Assembly (NCBI RefSeq): GCF_009914755.1
Contig: NC_060938.1
Length of the DNA stretch: 64,000 nucleotides
Reading direction: 5' to 3' (one strand)
DNA from: the human T2T-CHM13v2.0 reference genome, Homo sapiens
Positions 11,352 through 24,496 of the stretch are shown here, piece by piece (the stretch's first letter is position 1; the number at the start of each line of letters is the position of its first letter). The notes beneath the pieces are model-generated. The model saw only the letters and a program-made list of their open reading frames with translations, searched no databases and was not told the origin of the DNA. The translations under genes and the position numbers were made by a program.

Positions 11352-12870
11352 TTATTTCAACAGCTTTTGGGGAACAAGTGGTTTTTGGTTACATGGTTCA
11401 ATTATATAGTGGTGACTTCTAAAATTCTAATGCACCCAAGTAGTGTATGTTATACCCAATATGTAGTTTTTTGTCCCACATCTCCTCTGACCCTCCCCCT
11501 TCTAACTCTCCAAAGTCCATTTTATCACTCTGTATGCCTTTCATACCTATAGCTTAGCTCCTACCTGTAAGTGAGAACATACGGTATCTGGTTTTCCATT
11601 CATGAGTTACTTCACTTAGAATAATGACCTCCAGCTCCATCTAAGTTGCTGCAAAAGACATTATTTTGTTCCTTTTTATGACTGAGTAGTATTCCATGGT
11701 GTATATATACCGTATATTCTTAATCCACTCATTGGTTGATGGGCATTTAGGTTGGTTCCATGTCTTTGCAATTATGAATTGTGCTCAATAAACAGACATG
11801 TGCATGTGTCTTCATGTAATGACTTCTTTTGGGTAGATATCTAATAGTGGGATTGCTTGATTGAATGGTAGATCTACTTTTAGTTCTTTAAGGAATCTCT
11901 ATACTGTTTTCCATAGAGGTTGTACTAATTTATATTCCCACCAGCAATGTATACCCATTCCCTTTTTACCACATCCACACCAACATCTATTGTTTTTTGA
12001 CTTTTACATAATGGTCATTCTTGTAGAAGTAAGGTGGTATCTTATTGCGTTTTGAATTTGCATTTCCCTGATCATTAGTGATGTTGTGCATTTTTACATG
12101 TTTGTAGGCCATTTGTTATCTTCTTTTGAGAAATGTCTATTCCTGCCATTTGCCCACTTTTTGATGGAATTATTTGGTTTCGTTTTCTCTTTCCTTTCTT
12201 TCCTTTCCTTTCCTTTCTTTTCTTTCTTTCTTTTCTTTCTTTCCTTTTTTTTTTTTTGGTTCTCCTGCCTCAGCCTGCCGAGTAGCTGGGATTACAGGCA
12301 CACACCACCATGTCTGGCTAATTATTGTATTTTTAGAAGAGGCGGGGTTTCACCATGTTGCCCACTGCTGTTCTCGAACTCCTGACCTCAGGTGATTTAC
12401 CTGTCTCAGCCTCCCAAAGTGCTTGGATTACAGGTGTGAGCCACTGTATCTGGCCTATTTGTCCTTTTTTCTTGCTGATTTGAGTTCCTTGTAGATTCTG
12501 GATACTAGTCCTTTGTCAAATGCATAGTTTGCAAACATTTTTTTCCCATTCTGTGGGTTGTCTGTTTACTCTGATGATTATTTCTTTTGCTGTGCAGAAG
12601 ATTTTTAGTTTAATCAGGTGCCATTTATTTATTTTTGTTTTTATTGCATTTGCTTTTGGGGCTTTAGTCATGAATTATTTGCCTAGGCCAATGTCCAGAA
12701 GGGTTTTTCCAAGGTTATTTTCTAGAATTTTCATGGTTTCAGGTCTTAGATTTAAGTCTTTGACTCATCTTGAGTTTTTTGTTTTTTTTTTAATAAGGAA
12801 AGAGATAGGGATCCAGTTTCATCCTCCTACATGTGGCTGGCCAGTTTTCCCAGCACCATCTATTAAATAA
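11352..12870 (-). mobile_element. L1PB 3' end (3' UTR and end of ORF2), 5' truncated, interrupted by Alu
   Basis: ttttggggaacaagtggtttttggttacatg 3' terminus; antisense ORF2 signature in ORF 12520..12870 ([20 protein letters not shown]). Confidence 0.92.
12181..12455 (-). mobile_element. AluS with distal right arm missing and compound microsatellite tail
   Basis: Alu body from ttctcctgcctcagcc to tggcc joined directly to (TTTC)n/Tn tract. Confidence 0.9.
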
Positions 12871-13022
12871 TCTACCCCTCTTTTTACAAAGGAAAAAATA
12901 TGTTTCTTCAGACCTCTGCAGAAAAACAGATGAATTAGCCATAATTTTCAACGAGTGGTAACAGATAAATATATTGCAAATTCCAGGTAACAGCCTTGTA
13001 ATTTAACAGAGTCCTTCCAAAG

Positions 13023-13204
13023 CCATGGTTCTCAAACTTAGCTGCATGTTGGAATCACCTGGGGAAGCTTTCAAAATGATGCCTGCTTGGTCTCACCTCC
13101 CCAGAGATTCTGATATTTTATTAGCCTGGGGCACAGCCTGGGCATCGAGGACTTTTTTAACTCCTCAAGGGATTCTGATGTGTCCTCAGGATTGAGAATG
13201 ACTT
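13023..13204. mobile_element. MER5B-like element
   Basis: ggttctcaaacttagctgcatgttggaatcacctgggg...cccagagattctgat...ggattgagaa. Confidence 0.8.
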
Positions 13205-13454
13205 CTAGGACACCGTCATCTGAGAAATTCTGATGGTAGAGTCTTCAAGCATCCCGATAAGTCAGTCCAGGGAAGGGTAGGTCGGGGCAGAAGAGCACCA
13301 AACCACATCATCCTATCCTGAGCTGCACTAAAGGGTGGCTCAGCAAAGCAGCTGCTCAAGACCCTGCCAAAGTGTCTCTAGAACTGTTAGGAGATGGAGA
13401 AACTAGACCCCCTTTTCAGGTAAAGATATGCAACAGGTTGGAAGGAATTCTTAA

Positions 13455-13774
<320 letters not shown>

Positions 13775-14797
13775 AAGTATGAAGCTTTAAGTAAGCATCC
13801 CCAAAGGGCATGCTATGAAGGGCAATGAACTACTGCTAAATTGTCTTCTAAGAAGCACAAACACTTAATCACAGGAATTTTGTTTTGCTGGGCCAAAATG
13901 AAAAGTTGGGGGCCAAAACTGAATTGTCACCAGGAGTTGGTGTTCTCCAGCCTTCCCTTCTTCAGCCTTCAGCCATTCCTACATAGTTAGCAAAAATGTA
14001 AACAGTATCAGTTTGAAAGGGATCCAAGTTACTAAGTCCTCTTTTCTTAGCCTGGACCTGACCATCAGTTCCTCTACCTCTGAGTAAAAAGGTTCAGGTT
14101 CTCTGCAAAGACAGGGCTGTCCAGCCCAGGCTGCTGCTTGATTATAAAGGGGGATGCTTGAAAGTATGCTTCCTTCTGAAATAGCAGTCTTATTATAACT
14201 ATTATAAAACTCCTAGCCAATTTAGATTAGTTCTTTAATTATGCAATTATAAAATATTTTCACCATGTTTCAGCTTTTTAAATCTCTTGACTGCTGATAC
14301 TTAAACATTTTTTTAAATTTACTTCTTTGTTTAGTCAGTTTTTAACCTTTCTTAGCAGATACATAAGTGAAAAGGTGCATTACCTGAAGAGGGATCCTGA
14401 GTGAAAAGAAGCATCTTTGTGGCAGTTAGTTGGATGACAAGACAATAGACACCTAGAAGCCCGTCAGAGTTCTTGTAATTGCCATCTGAAGTCAGCCTGG
14501 TACCTGGATGCAACCACACACAACTAGTGTATTTGCAGGGTCATCATCCATTTGCATGGGGCATTGCCAAAAGGGCATCTTATCCTCACATACTGTAAAT
14601 TACTAAGTAACCCAATTCAACAAGCATTTATTTAAGACCAAGCCTGGGGTAGGTGTCTGGCAGATGTGGCCTTTCCTTTCTAGGTGCTCATAAACTTAAT
14701 GAGGAGAGAAGGTACATTTCCCCATATGAAGCAGTTATATAGTGAACTGTATCTCGGTATTGATGGATATAGTGAGAACACAGACTTATGTTTTAAC

Positions 14798-15060
14798 TCA
14801 GTTCTTTCACCTGCACAATGGGATGATAGTACTTACCCACAGGGTTGTCACTAAGTCAAATAACTATACATCATTGAAATAAAATATTTAAATACCTGAG
14901 TGTATAGTAGCAGCTAAGGAATTTTTGCTTTCTTCCCCTGGCTTAATCAATGAGATTGAAGATCATCTGGTCTAGTATCTTCATTTTAGAGATAAGGAAA
15001 CTGAGACTCAGAGGGGCAAAATGACTTGTCCAAAGTCACACAGCTAGAAAGAGGCACAGT
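14798..15060. mobile_element. Two MIR fragments in opposite orientation
   Basis: cacctgcacaatgggatgatagtacttacccacagggttgt (+); cattttagagataaggaaactgagactcagag...acttgtccaaagtcacacagcta (-). Confidence 0.75.
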
Positions 15061-16003
15061 TAATAACCAAAATAAGGAATTGTATTTTTCTTTGGATTTC
15101 ACAGAAAGTGATTGTCAGGGCTCTTCAAAATTCCACATTGCCCTGTAAAATGAATGTCCCAGAACAATGGCGTGAGGTAGTTTACATGACAAAATACAAG
15201 TCTCCCACCTAGGTTTAAAGCCACATTCATCTGTTTTCAGTTGAGAAAGCTGCTAATGGCTCTTACCATGCCTTTCTCAGTTGAAGCATAGAACCAAAAC
15301 ATTTGCAGGCTGAGGATTCCCTCCCACTGTTTGTAGATCAAACACAAACAGAAACAGTGGGAGGCTGGGCCATCTCTGAGAGAATCAATATCAATGAAAC
15401 AGACAAAATCCCAAAATCTCAAAATAATGAAAACAAAGATATCCAAGTAATAAAATCTGCTAGAATCACAAAGACAACACAACTCCGATCTCAGCTGGCT
15501 CAAAGAAAGTGTCCATTAACAAGGGATTAACACAAGGGAAGTACACAACCAGTCAATGGGAAATGAAAACATTTCACACAGCCTAGTCGCTTTTGAGCCC
15601 ACCCCAGGATTATGGATGAGGGTGTGTTGAGATAGTGTGGTTCTGACTAGAGAGAGTTTCCAGAAACCATCAGCCATGTACTGGCTTAAAAAAGCACCCC
15701 AAACTGGTGTTTGTTGGACTGAAAATTTGGAACTGACAAGCCAGAAGATGAGACAAAGCACTGATTACCTGCCCTTTTTAGTCTTGTCTGTTGCAATTTT
15801 CAGCAGACCTTTGGAAAAAAAAAAAGCCACACTCGCTGTAGTATCTTTTAAAATACGGATTTTAGTTAAAGTTCCCTCATGCCAGAGCTTTTGGGAAGGG
15901 TGGAAGGGAAAGAAACAAAATAAAAACAAGACCAAAATTGTATTAGCTTATCGCAAAATAAGTCAAATGGCACTTCCTGTGCCCTATATGAAGACAAGGC
16001 AGG

Positions 16004-16413
16004 TGCTATGGCTTGAATGGTGTTGTCCCTCCAAAATTCATATTCAAACTCAATTCCCAAGGGAATAGTATTAAGAGGTGGGACCTCTGGGGAAGTGATT
16101 AATTCATAAGATGTAAGCATGGGTTTTGGGATGAGACCATCCCGAAGTGCCCTTGTGAATGGGAAAATGCCCTTATAAAAGAGGCATCAAAAAGCTGCCT
16201 GGCTGTTCCATCTGTTTCAACCCGAGAACATCTGAGAACACAGTAAGAAGGTGCCATCTTGGAAGCAGAGAGTGAGCTCTTAGCTGACACTGACTCTGCT
16301 GGCACCTTGATTTTGGACTTTCCAGCCTCCAGAACTGTGAGAAACTGATTTCTATTATTTATAAATTCCTCATTCTAAGGTATTTTGTTATAGCAGCAGG
16401 AATGAACTAAAAC
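16004..16413 (+). mobile_element. MLT1A/MSTD-like MaLR solo LTR
   Basis: tgctatggcttgaatg start; ctgctggcaccttgattttggactttccagcctccagaactgtgaga; tattttgttatagcagc...aactaaaaca end. Confidence 0.88.
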
Positions 16414-17874
16414 AGTGGGCATCTTTCAATTTAAAATAACATCATTTGGATGAGGTCAGAAGCAAACACAAAAATGAATATAGTTGGCCAGTGGGCATAC
16501 ATTAGTACAACTATTATATTGCTATAATGGCTGTGATAGTCCTAGTGAATAGCCAAGCAGCCTATAGCATTGAATGAAATGTTTGCTATTTATATGATAA
16601 AAGTCAAATGTATCTGCAAGGTTTAAACACTTAAAAAGTAAGACAATTCTTTTTCAAATTTTTGCTCATTTTATTTTAGTGTAAAGCTATCACTACATCC
16701 ATTTGATGAGTATATCTATAATCAGGTGCAATTATTTCAGATAAAATGGACTTCATGTGTGTGTTTGTTAATCATTAGCAATTCCGAGCAGCTTCCCAAT
16801 TTTAAAAACTGGCCTCATGAGCGCACCCAAGCCCTGTGGTCTGAACTACACAAGTGCCTTGGCCTAGAAATGTGAGTTTCACCCTGGAAACTTATTATAA
16901 AGAACAGAAAAGCAACAGGAAAAGATAGAGAAGAGGGAATGGCCAAACTAAGCATCTCTCACCGAAGTTTAATCCAAGGAGGTTTAAATCATTGTGATAG
17001 AAAATGATTGCCAGAAGCTTATAGATAAAGGCAAGTATTTCACACATGACAGTTCAGACACATCATCAAACATTTGGGCTGCAACGGGACAGAATATTGA
17101 AAATTGGGACTTCCCTAGAAAATCTCACTCCACAGGGGTTTCCTTATGAGGGATCCTGATGCTATCCTAGAAGAAAGTCATGTTTATGATGTCTTCTTGG
17201 CTCCTTCCTTAGCTCTGCAGTTTGCAGTCTACCTCATCAGCTGTTGTCCTCAAAAAACTTTTCCTCCACATGTGTATACAGACAGGCTCATGCCAATCAC
17301 TCATTTGTTTTCCAATTACAAAAATATCCCGTATCTAGTAGCATCCATGTCTCCTAAGGAGAAAATGTGAGTTTAGCAAAAATGCGAAGCTTAGTGCCAA
17401 TAACTTGCTGCTTAAAGGCAAAGGATTTGAGGCAGGTCTTAGGGGCTAAAAACATATTAGTAAAAGCTTAGATAGACGGAGAGACAAGAGTAGTCTTGGA
17501 ATTGTTTTCTGTATCTAGCTGTTGGAGAAATCTTTTCATGTAAATGGTCTCCAAACCTTTTAAAAACCACTTAGCAAAGCAGTAAGGCTTAGCATCCCTG
17601 CCTTTTTTTTTTTTTTTCTCAGTATCCCTAAGCAGAGACTTTAATGGTGTGCAACTGAACTGTAGCCAATTGTGCAGCATTTGCTGTCATCCAGAGGAAA
17701 TTACAAGGAAGGTGTTTACATAGGAGGATACTCAAACTTCTCTATTTGGTGGGATTTCAACATGGTGCCTTGGGTGGCTACTATGTGCTAGTCACTGGGA
17801 ATATGATTAATAAGATAGGGTCCTTTGGAGGCTGCAAAGCCTTTAAGATGAAACCATCCCAAAGTGATAGATCC

Positions 17875-18337
17875 TATAGTTACTTGCCTAATCATTCTCC
17901 CTTTGCTCCTTGCTAAAATAATCCTGCTTTGGGTTCTTTGTCCAGATAAAAATACTGGTTCCTGGCCTTTCCAGAAAACAAGTAGCCATGAGACAGGTTC
18001 TGGCCAATGAGATGCTGGATGGGATTGTGGGGAAGCTTTAATTAAGAGAAGCAGCCTAAGCTGTCAGGTTTCTTTGCCACTCTGTCTTTGCTTCTTCCTG
18101 CTACAGGTGTAGCAGCCATATGGCAATGATGAATCCAAGGACAAAACCCAACATACTCTGAAGCACAGAGTGGAAAGACACAAAGAGCCTGGGACCCTGG
18201 GATCTTTGATCCAATACGGCAACCCTAGATGGCCTCCTCATGAGCTCTTGTTGCGTAAGCCAAATAAAGGCCAACTTCCCTAAGCCACCAATTGTCAGGT
18301 TTTCTGTTATTTTCAGCCAAAGTCACTTCTGATGATA
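17875..18337 (+). mobile_element. MLT1J-like LTR
   Basis: ccatgagacaggttctggccaatgagat; gcagccat; aagagcctggg; ttttctgttattttcagccaaa. Confidence 0.7.
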
Positions 18338-19477
18338 AGCTAATGATGTCTCAGAACTTCATTTTCCTCATGTGTGAAATGTGTATCTACTCTTTACCAA
18401 CTTTGAAGCTTTGCTGTAAAGCCTGGTTGGTATATGTATAACTCCTAGCCCGGTGCTTGGCTCACAGTAATAATTGGAGATGATTATTAATAATATATAA
18501 TGATTATTATTATTCAGAATAAAATGAGTCTTTTTGGGGGGGAAACTTAAAGAGCAGACCCAAACTTACCTTGAGGTGGCACTGTCTTCTGGGCAAAGTG
18601 TTAAGGCCATATTGGAGTGGAAACTAACAGGCTGAGCTCAGCTTTACAGACCCTTACCTAGTTAGGATGGTCCATAAATAGTATCTAAAAACTGTGTCCC
18701 TCTGCTCTGACTTTAGGAGATTTCTCTGCTTATGGCTAATGCATGCTCAGTGTTTCTAACACCTGGAGAGCAAGTTGTTGCTTTGTTTATAGTGAAACCA
18801 AATCCCGTGGCCGCATTTGATTCCTGAGTGGTTATCACACCAGCAAACGGCAAAATTAGCATCTAATAGAGCATTTCAGTGAGAAAACAGAAACATTCTT
18901 TGGATGCACAGTTTTTGCCTCCAAACACTGAGCTTCCCACTGCCTGGCCACTCCTTTTTTAGTCAGTTTTTTTCTGAGTGTGTAAAACTGTGCTAATTCC
19001 AATTTGTTTAATGTTACATGCATTTGGCCTTCAGTTTAGTAGTCAAAATAATCATTTGTTGTTCATTTCTTTAACCTGTTAATTCATGTTATTTGAAGCC
19101 TGCTGATATTTTTGGCCAGCATAGTCAAGCTGTAGGGGCTTAGAGATTTATCCTGTGTAAGATTTAGAGCATCTTCTGCTATGCACATCACAGAAGAAAG
19201 GGACGGGATTCCTGCCGGGATTCCTGCCCTACCTGAGGCCCCTTCTGGTGCTTTGCCATAACGCAGTTCAAAAACTTAACGGTGAAATCTCTTTTTCTGA
19301 ACTTCAGTTAAGCCAATTTGGAATGTAGTAAATGAAGGCTGAGATTCAGTCAGGACCAGGAAAATACTCCACCTGTTTGTGAGGGGCCTGTTTGAGGAGT
19401 GATAAGTAGAATAAGTAGCTATAATGAGCTCTCTTGGTCAGTTAAGTGGAGGTTTTCATGCTACAAAGATTTTAACC

Positions 19478-19782
19478 GGCTGGGTGCAGGGCTCACACCT
19501 GTAATCCCAGCACTTTGGGAGGCTGAGGTGGGTGGGTCATGAGGTCAAGAGATAGAGACCATCCTGGCCAACATGGTGAAACACTGTCTCTACTAAAAAT
19601 ACAAAAATTAGCTGGGCATGGTGGCACATGCCTGTAGTCCCAGCTACTCGGGAAGCTGAGGCAGGAGAATTGCTTGAATTCTCCTGGGAGGCAGAGGTTG
19701 CAGTGAGCCGAGATCGCGCCATTGCACTCTAGCCTGGCAACAAAGCGAGACTCTGTCTCAAAAAAAAAAAAAAAAAAAAAAA
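19478..19782 (+). mobile_element. AluSc-like
   Basis: gaggtcaagagat...accatcctggccaac, gcctggcaac; TSD aaagattttaacc. Confidence 0.93.
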
Positions 19783-19844
19783 GATTTTAACCAACTGTTC
19801 CTGAATATTTTGAATTCCCCATTTTTCTAGAGGAAGGTCAATGC

Positions 19845-20166
19845 CATTGTTGTCCAATAGAAACATAATGCAAACCATAAATATGAGCCATATGTGTAAT
19901 TTTAAATCTTCCTGTAGTCACGTTTTTAAACAAAAATATATAGGTAAAAATAATTTCAATAATATATTTTTCTTAACTGAAAAATATACCTAAAATATCA
20001 TTCCAACAAGTAATTGATTAAAAAGTCGTGAAATTTTTTACATTCTTTTTTTCATACTAGGTCTTTAAAATCTGGTGTGTATTTTATACTTGCAGCGTAT
20101 CTCAGTTCAGACTAGCCACATTTCATGAGTTTAACAGCCACATGTAGCCAGTGGCTAACATATTAA
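19845..20166. mobile_element. MER33 hAT-Charlie element
   Basis: tgtccaatagaa...aaatctggtgtgtattttatactt...actagccacatttca...cagccacatgtagccagtggcta. Confidence 0.82.
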
Positions 20167-20168
20167 AA

Positions 20169-20650
20169 TGTCCTGTGCTGTCTTGACATCATTCAGATTC
20201 CTGGGGACTCCCAAAACTTAAATGCAATTTCCTCTGCTCTCTTCCCAAAAAAGTAGGAATGGCTCCCTACCCAGCTAGTTCCCCTGACAGCCAGAGCAGC
20301 CACTCCCCACCTGCTTCTCAACCTAATGAGCCATTTCCCTGCCAGCCTGTGGAATTATCCAAACAAGCCAGTTACATCCTCCCGTGAGAACCAGGAGTCA
20401 TCTCCCCATCTTGTTACTACAACACCAGCCTTCCACAGTCTCTGCTGGTTCACCTTGCTCCTGAGTGCAACCCCTGCATGGCCCTGGCTGTCACGCAGCA
20501 TCTTCCTCCCTAAGTATTTGAGTGTGAGTATATGGGACTAATAACTGCTGTCAGTCTCACCTACTGAGTGTCCAGCGTCATGTATTCAGCTCTCTCCAGA
20601 ACCATAGGGCAGCATTCCCTTCCTCACCCACAAGGTGAGGAAACAAAGCA
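20169..20650 (+). mobile_element. ERVL LTR, MER54/MER73/MER74 group
   Basis: ctgctggttcac...gagtgcaacccc...gtgagtatatgggactaataactgctgtc. Confidence 0.6.
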
Positions 20651-21099
20651 TCAGCATGTGTCTATACTTTTTTTAAGAGAGTTTTATAGTCAATTTTTCA
20701 AACATATTTGGAAGAATCTGGGCTTGTCTCCTAGCCCTCCTACGTTTACATTGTCCAAAAATGTTTAGTTGTAGTTCTCCATAGTTTTTCTTTTTTTGTT
20801 AATATTTTTAGTATCTCATGGTGCTTACTTTTTGGGTCAGCTTTGCAGCTGATGTATGCTGGTTTAGGTCAGTTTTGCAGGTGATGTGTATTATCTTATT
20901 CCACATCTTCTGGTCTTCAGCAATCATGCTGATGGTGACCAATCAAATTATTATTAGGCACTAACATGAATTTGATTCAAAAACAAAGGCCTGCTCCATG
21001 GATGGGGTGACAAATACCTTGCCAGTGTGCTGCCACTGCTCTTGCTGTGCCTGCAGCAGGATCACCCAGCCAGTTCTCCACCCCAGAATCCTCTTGGCA

Positions 21100-22230
21100 T
21101 TTGAGATGAAATCTGATGGTCACGTCTGGCCTAGAAACTCTGGGCTATCCTTGAGCCTTCTTCTTGATCCTTAATCTATATGCAGTGATCAGTGGACTGT
21201 CTCTCTACCCCGACCTGAATCATTCCACCCCCAAAACCTCTTTTGAATGTGTGTCCTTTCCTCTCTGTGAAAGAAGGAAATAATGTATATAGTGGTCCAT
21301 TTCCAAGACAAAGTGCCTTAAATCGGCTTATGTCAGCAAACTACAGAAAAAACAGGATATACTAGGCCCCTGCTTGGAGAGCTGAGGACTGCTTGTGGGG
21401 CCCTCTACCCTTAGTTGCCCTCACCCGAACCAAAGAAGTTTAGTCTAAGATAAAAATTTACCAGCAAAAAAGCAAGCAAAATAGCTTGCTTTTGTCTGTT
21501 CTTAGCCTGCCCAGCTACTTAGGTCGTAAGTCAAATACTTTAAAATCCCCTGAGCTGACTAGGTTGCAGCAAGGCAACCCTAAAGAAAACACCTAAAGCC
21601 CCAACCCAACAACCAATAGGCGACGTCCAAGAAGATTGTGACCCCATAGTACTCAGCCTACGAGAAACCGGAACCTGTGAGGGACCTGCGCACTAGGGGA
21701 TAAATTGCTTGTTGTAACTGTCCTGGGTGTGCCTGCCCATCAGACACTCGATCTTGCAAGACCGTCATTAAAAGTCTCACTTTCGATGTTCTCAGGTCTC
21801 TGAGTCCATTCCTTGGTTTTGGATTGGTGAGTTTGTTTCTCACAATGAATATTGTGTGATCTCTAAACCAGGTTTTTGTTGTGTCTAAGGTGATCTATCA
21901 GACTCGAGTTCCAGTGGGTCTTTCTGCCTCCAGACGCCCTGGACTCCCCACCCCCTCCACTCTGCTGCCTATGTGATCCAAAACTCAGAGCTCATTGATG
22001 ACTTTATGTCTTAAACACCTCCAACAGCTCCCTGCTGCTACCCGATATCCAGATATCTTAGCCTGATAATCAAGACACATAATGAAGCCCCAATCTATCA
22101 TTTCATTTTAACCTTCAGCTACATCTTCTCATTGATTCCCCTTGCAAACTATTTCCCATACTCCAAACAAACCTGGCACCTTCCTACCCCGGTGCCTTTA
22201 TGGCAGCTGCTCTCCACTTCACTTGCCCCT
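21100..22230 (+). mobile_element. L2 fragment split by LTR
   Basis: L2-like segments on both sides of the LTR (cctagaaactctgggctatccttga; ctttctgcctccag; cttaaacacctccaacagctccc). Confidence 0.5.
21266..21844 (+). mobile_element. ERV1-class solo LTR (family uncertain)
   Basis: TGTGA...TCACA termini, CCAAT 21613, GATAAA 21699, ATTAAA 21767, ggtgagtttgtttctcaca end. Confidence 0.8.
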
Positions 22231-23739
22231 AGGTGCTACCTCAGGGACAGAGAGAGAGATTGAATTGAATGTATTAAAGGAAAACCGCACATTGCAATGA
22301 GGTATGTTTTCCATGAGGGAAAGATTACTGGAGGCTAGTAACCCCCGAAAGCTAGGCCCTTGTATTCCTCACTAAGTCCTACCAAGCACCCTGAAGGCTG
22401 TTGTAGAATTGGGCCTTCAGCTCAGGAGACATTGCCAGCCACAATCCCTTGAGCTATGAGCAACCCAAACAAGGTAGAGTTTTTTATTTCTCTCATTCAA
22501 GACACCAAAATAGGTAACATAATTAAAAAGAATCTAGCCTTCTGAAAGACAAACTACAAGTAACTTCCTACAGTCTAGGCCCTAATCAATAATAAATAGT
22601 GTCAAAAAAAGGTACAAGATCCAATTAGTTAATTAGTTAATTGCTTAGTAACTTAATTACTTAATTAAAAACATGAAAGCAAAAACCTGCTTCCGCGGTG
22701 CTGTTTTCTGCGTGCATTTCAGATATGAGGCCTTGGGCAGATACCTGTGGGCAGAACAAACAGTGGGACACACGAGGAAGCTGCCCAGGTTCTTTTGCGC
22801 TGGTTGTGCACACGTCCATTCACCCAGCCATGCTAGTGGTGAACTCTATGTAAGCCAGAGGTAGCCCAGAGTCATCAGCCGCTCCCAACAGATTTATATG
22901 TGTGATTTGCTTTACTGATAAAAGTAACTGTAAAGAAAAAGTCCACCTATAAACCCATAATAAAATAAAAATTGCATTTAACTGCATATAGTTTATTGAA
23001 GCCCAACTTTGTGAGAAAGGATTCCATAACACTGTAGGGTAAAGAATACCATGTTTGTATTCATTTCAAAGGAGCTGTCAATCCCGGCATAAGCAATTAG
23101 TTATTTAGCCTCTCAGGCCTCAGTTTTCTCATCTGAACATTGTAAAATGCAAACAAGTTAACTACGTAGAATTTTTAAGGGATGTAATGAGAAAATCCAT
23201 GTTATGTACATACACAACATATGCAAATATTACCATTATTGTAAACATAATATATTTATATATTTTAAAATATATTTACTTTTGTTTTTCCAACTATCAC
23301 AGAAATTTATCTTAGACAGAAAACTATCTCTGATTGGAAAAATAATTTAGTAAATGCCTGCTACAGAATATTGAACCCCAAAAATCTTTTTTGTTTTGGT
23401 TTTGCTTATTTTTCTATATCACAACCCCACCAGTAATTAGAGTCAGAGGACAGAGGTTTTTTGATATCTCTGGTGCCTGGCACCTAATAAAAGCAGAAGG
23501 CTTCTCTATCCACAGACTGGTGGCTATGCATCTACTTTTAGAGTTTCATTTCACGTGTCAGTTATTTACTGACATTTTTTCAGCCTGGAGAAATTTTAGA
23601 TTTATGTCCCTGATAATAGGTGCTTTATACAGAAGACACGGAAGCATAGTGGGGAGAAGCCTCACCAGGGAGGAAAATGGGCACAGAAGAGAGAATGTGC
23701 CAAAACAAATTTCTCCCACTTCACCACTTCCGAAGAAGA

Positions 23740-24065
23740 GAGTAAATATTTATTGGGTGTCTAATTCACAACATGTACTTTGCTGAGTACTTTATATGAT
23801 AATAACAACAGCATTTGCTATTATTTATTAACTAATAACCATTTGCCAGGCATTGCACTAATTGTTGTATGAATATTTTCAGTTCATTCTTGCCACAACG
23901 TTATAAGCATTTGGTAGATACCTTCTTTTTATGAAGGAGAAAAGCGGGGCTTAGAGAAGCTGAATCATGCGTCAAGGTCGTGCAGCTAGTTCTAATTCCA
24001 GCTGGAGCTAGACACTGGAGCTACCTGACTCTGGTTTGTCTGCCTACTGTTTTCCATGTACCATG
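23740..24065 (-). mobile_element. MIR fragments
   Basis: tgccaggcattgcactaa...ggcttagagaagctgaatcatgcgtcaaggtcgtgcagctag. Confidence 0.65.
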
Positions 24066-24201
24066 ACCTCTCCACTGGAAAGCACCTCCATGGGAAACAC
24101 TGCCATTTTCTAGTAATCTTCCTGGGCCCAGCTCCAGTAGATCCCTCACTCATAGTAGGCACCCAGTAAATGTTTATAGAATGTATAAAAGTAGAGAAAA
24201 G

Positions 24202-24496
<295 letters not shown>

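Noticed and set aside
15303-15530. 75-aa hydrophilic ORF
   Set aside because: TTG start, A-rich composition, no recognisable protein similarity.
18564-18572. Consensus - strand splice donors (also ~14378, ~48209)
   Set aside because: No convincing partner acceptor found; isolated donors are common.
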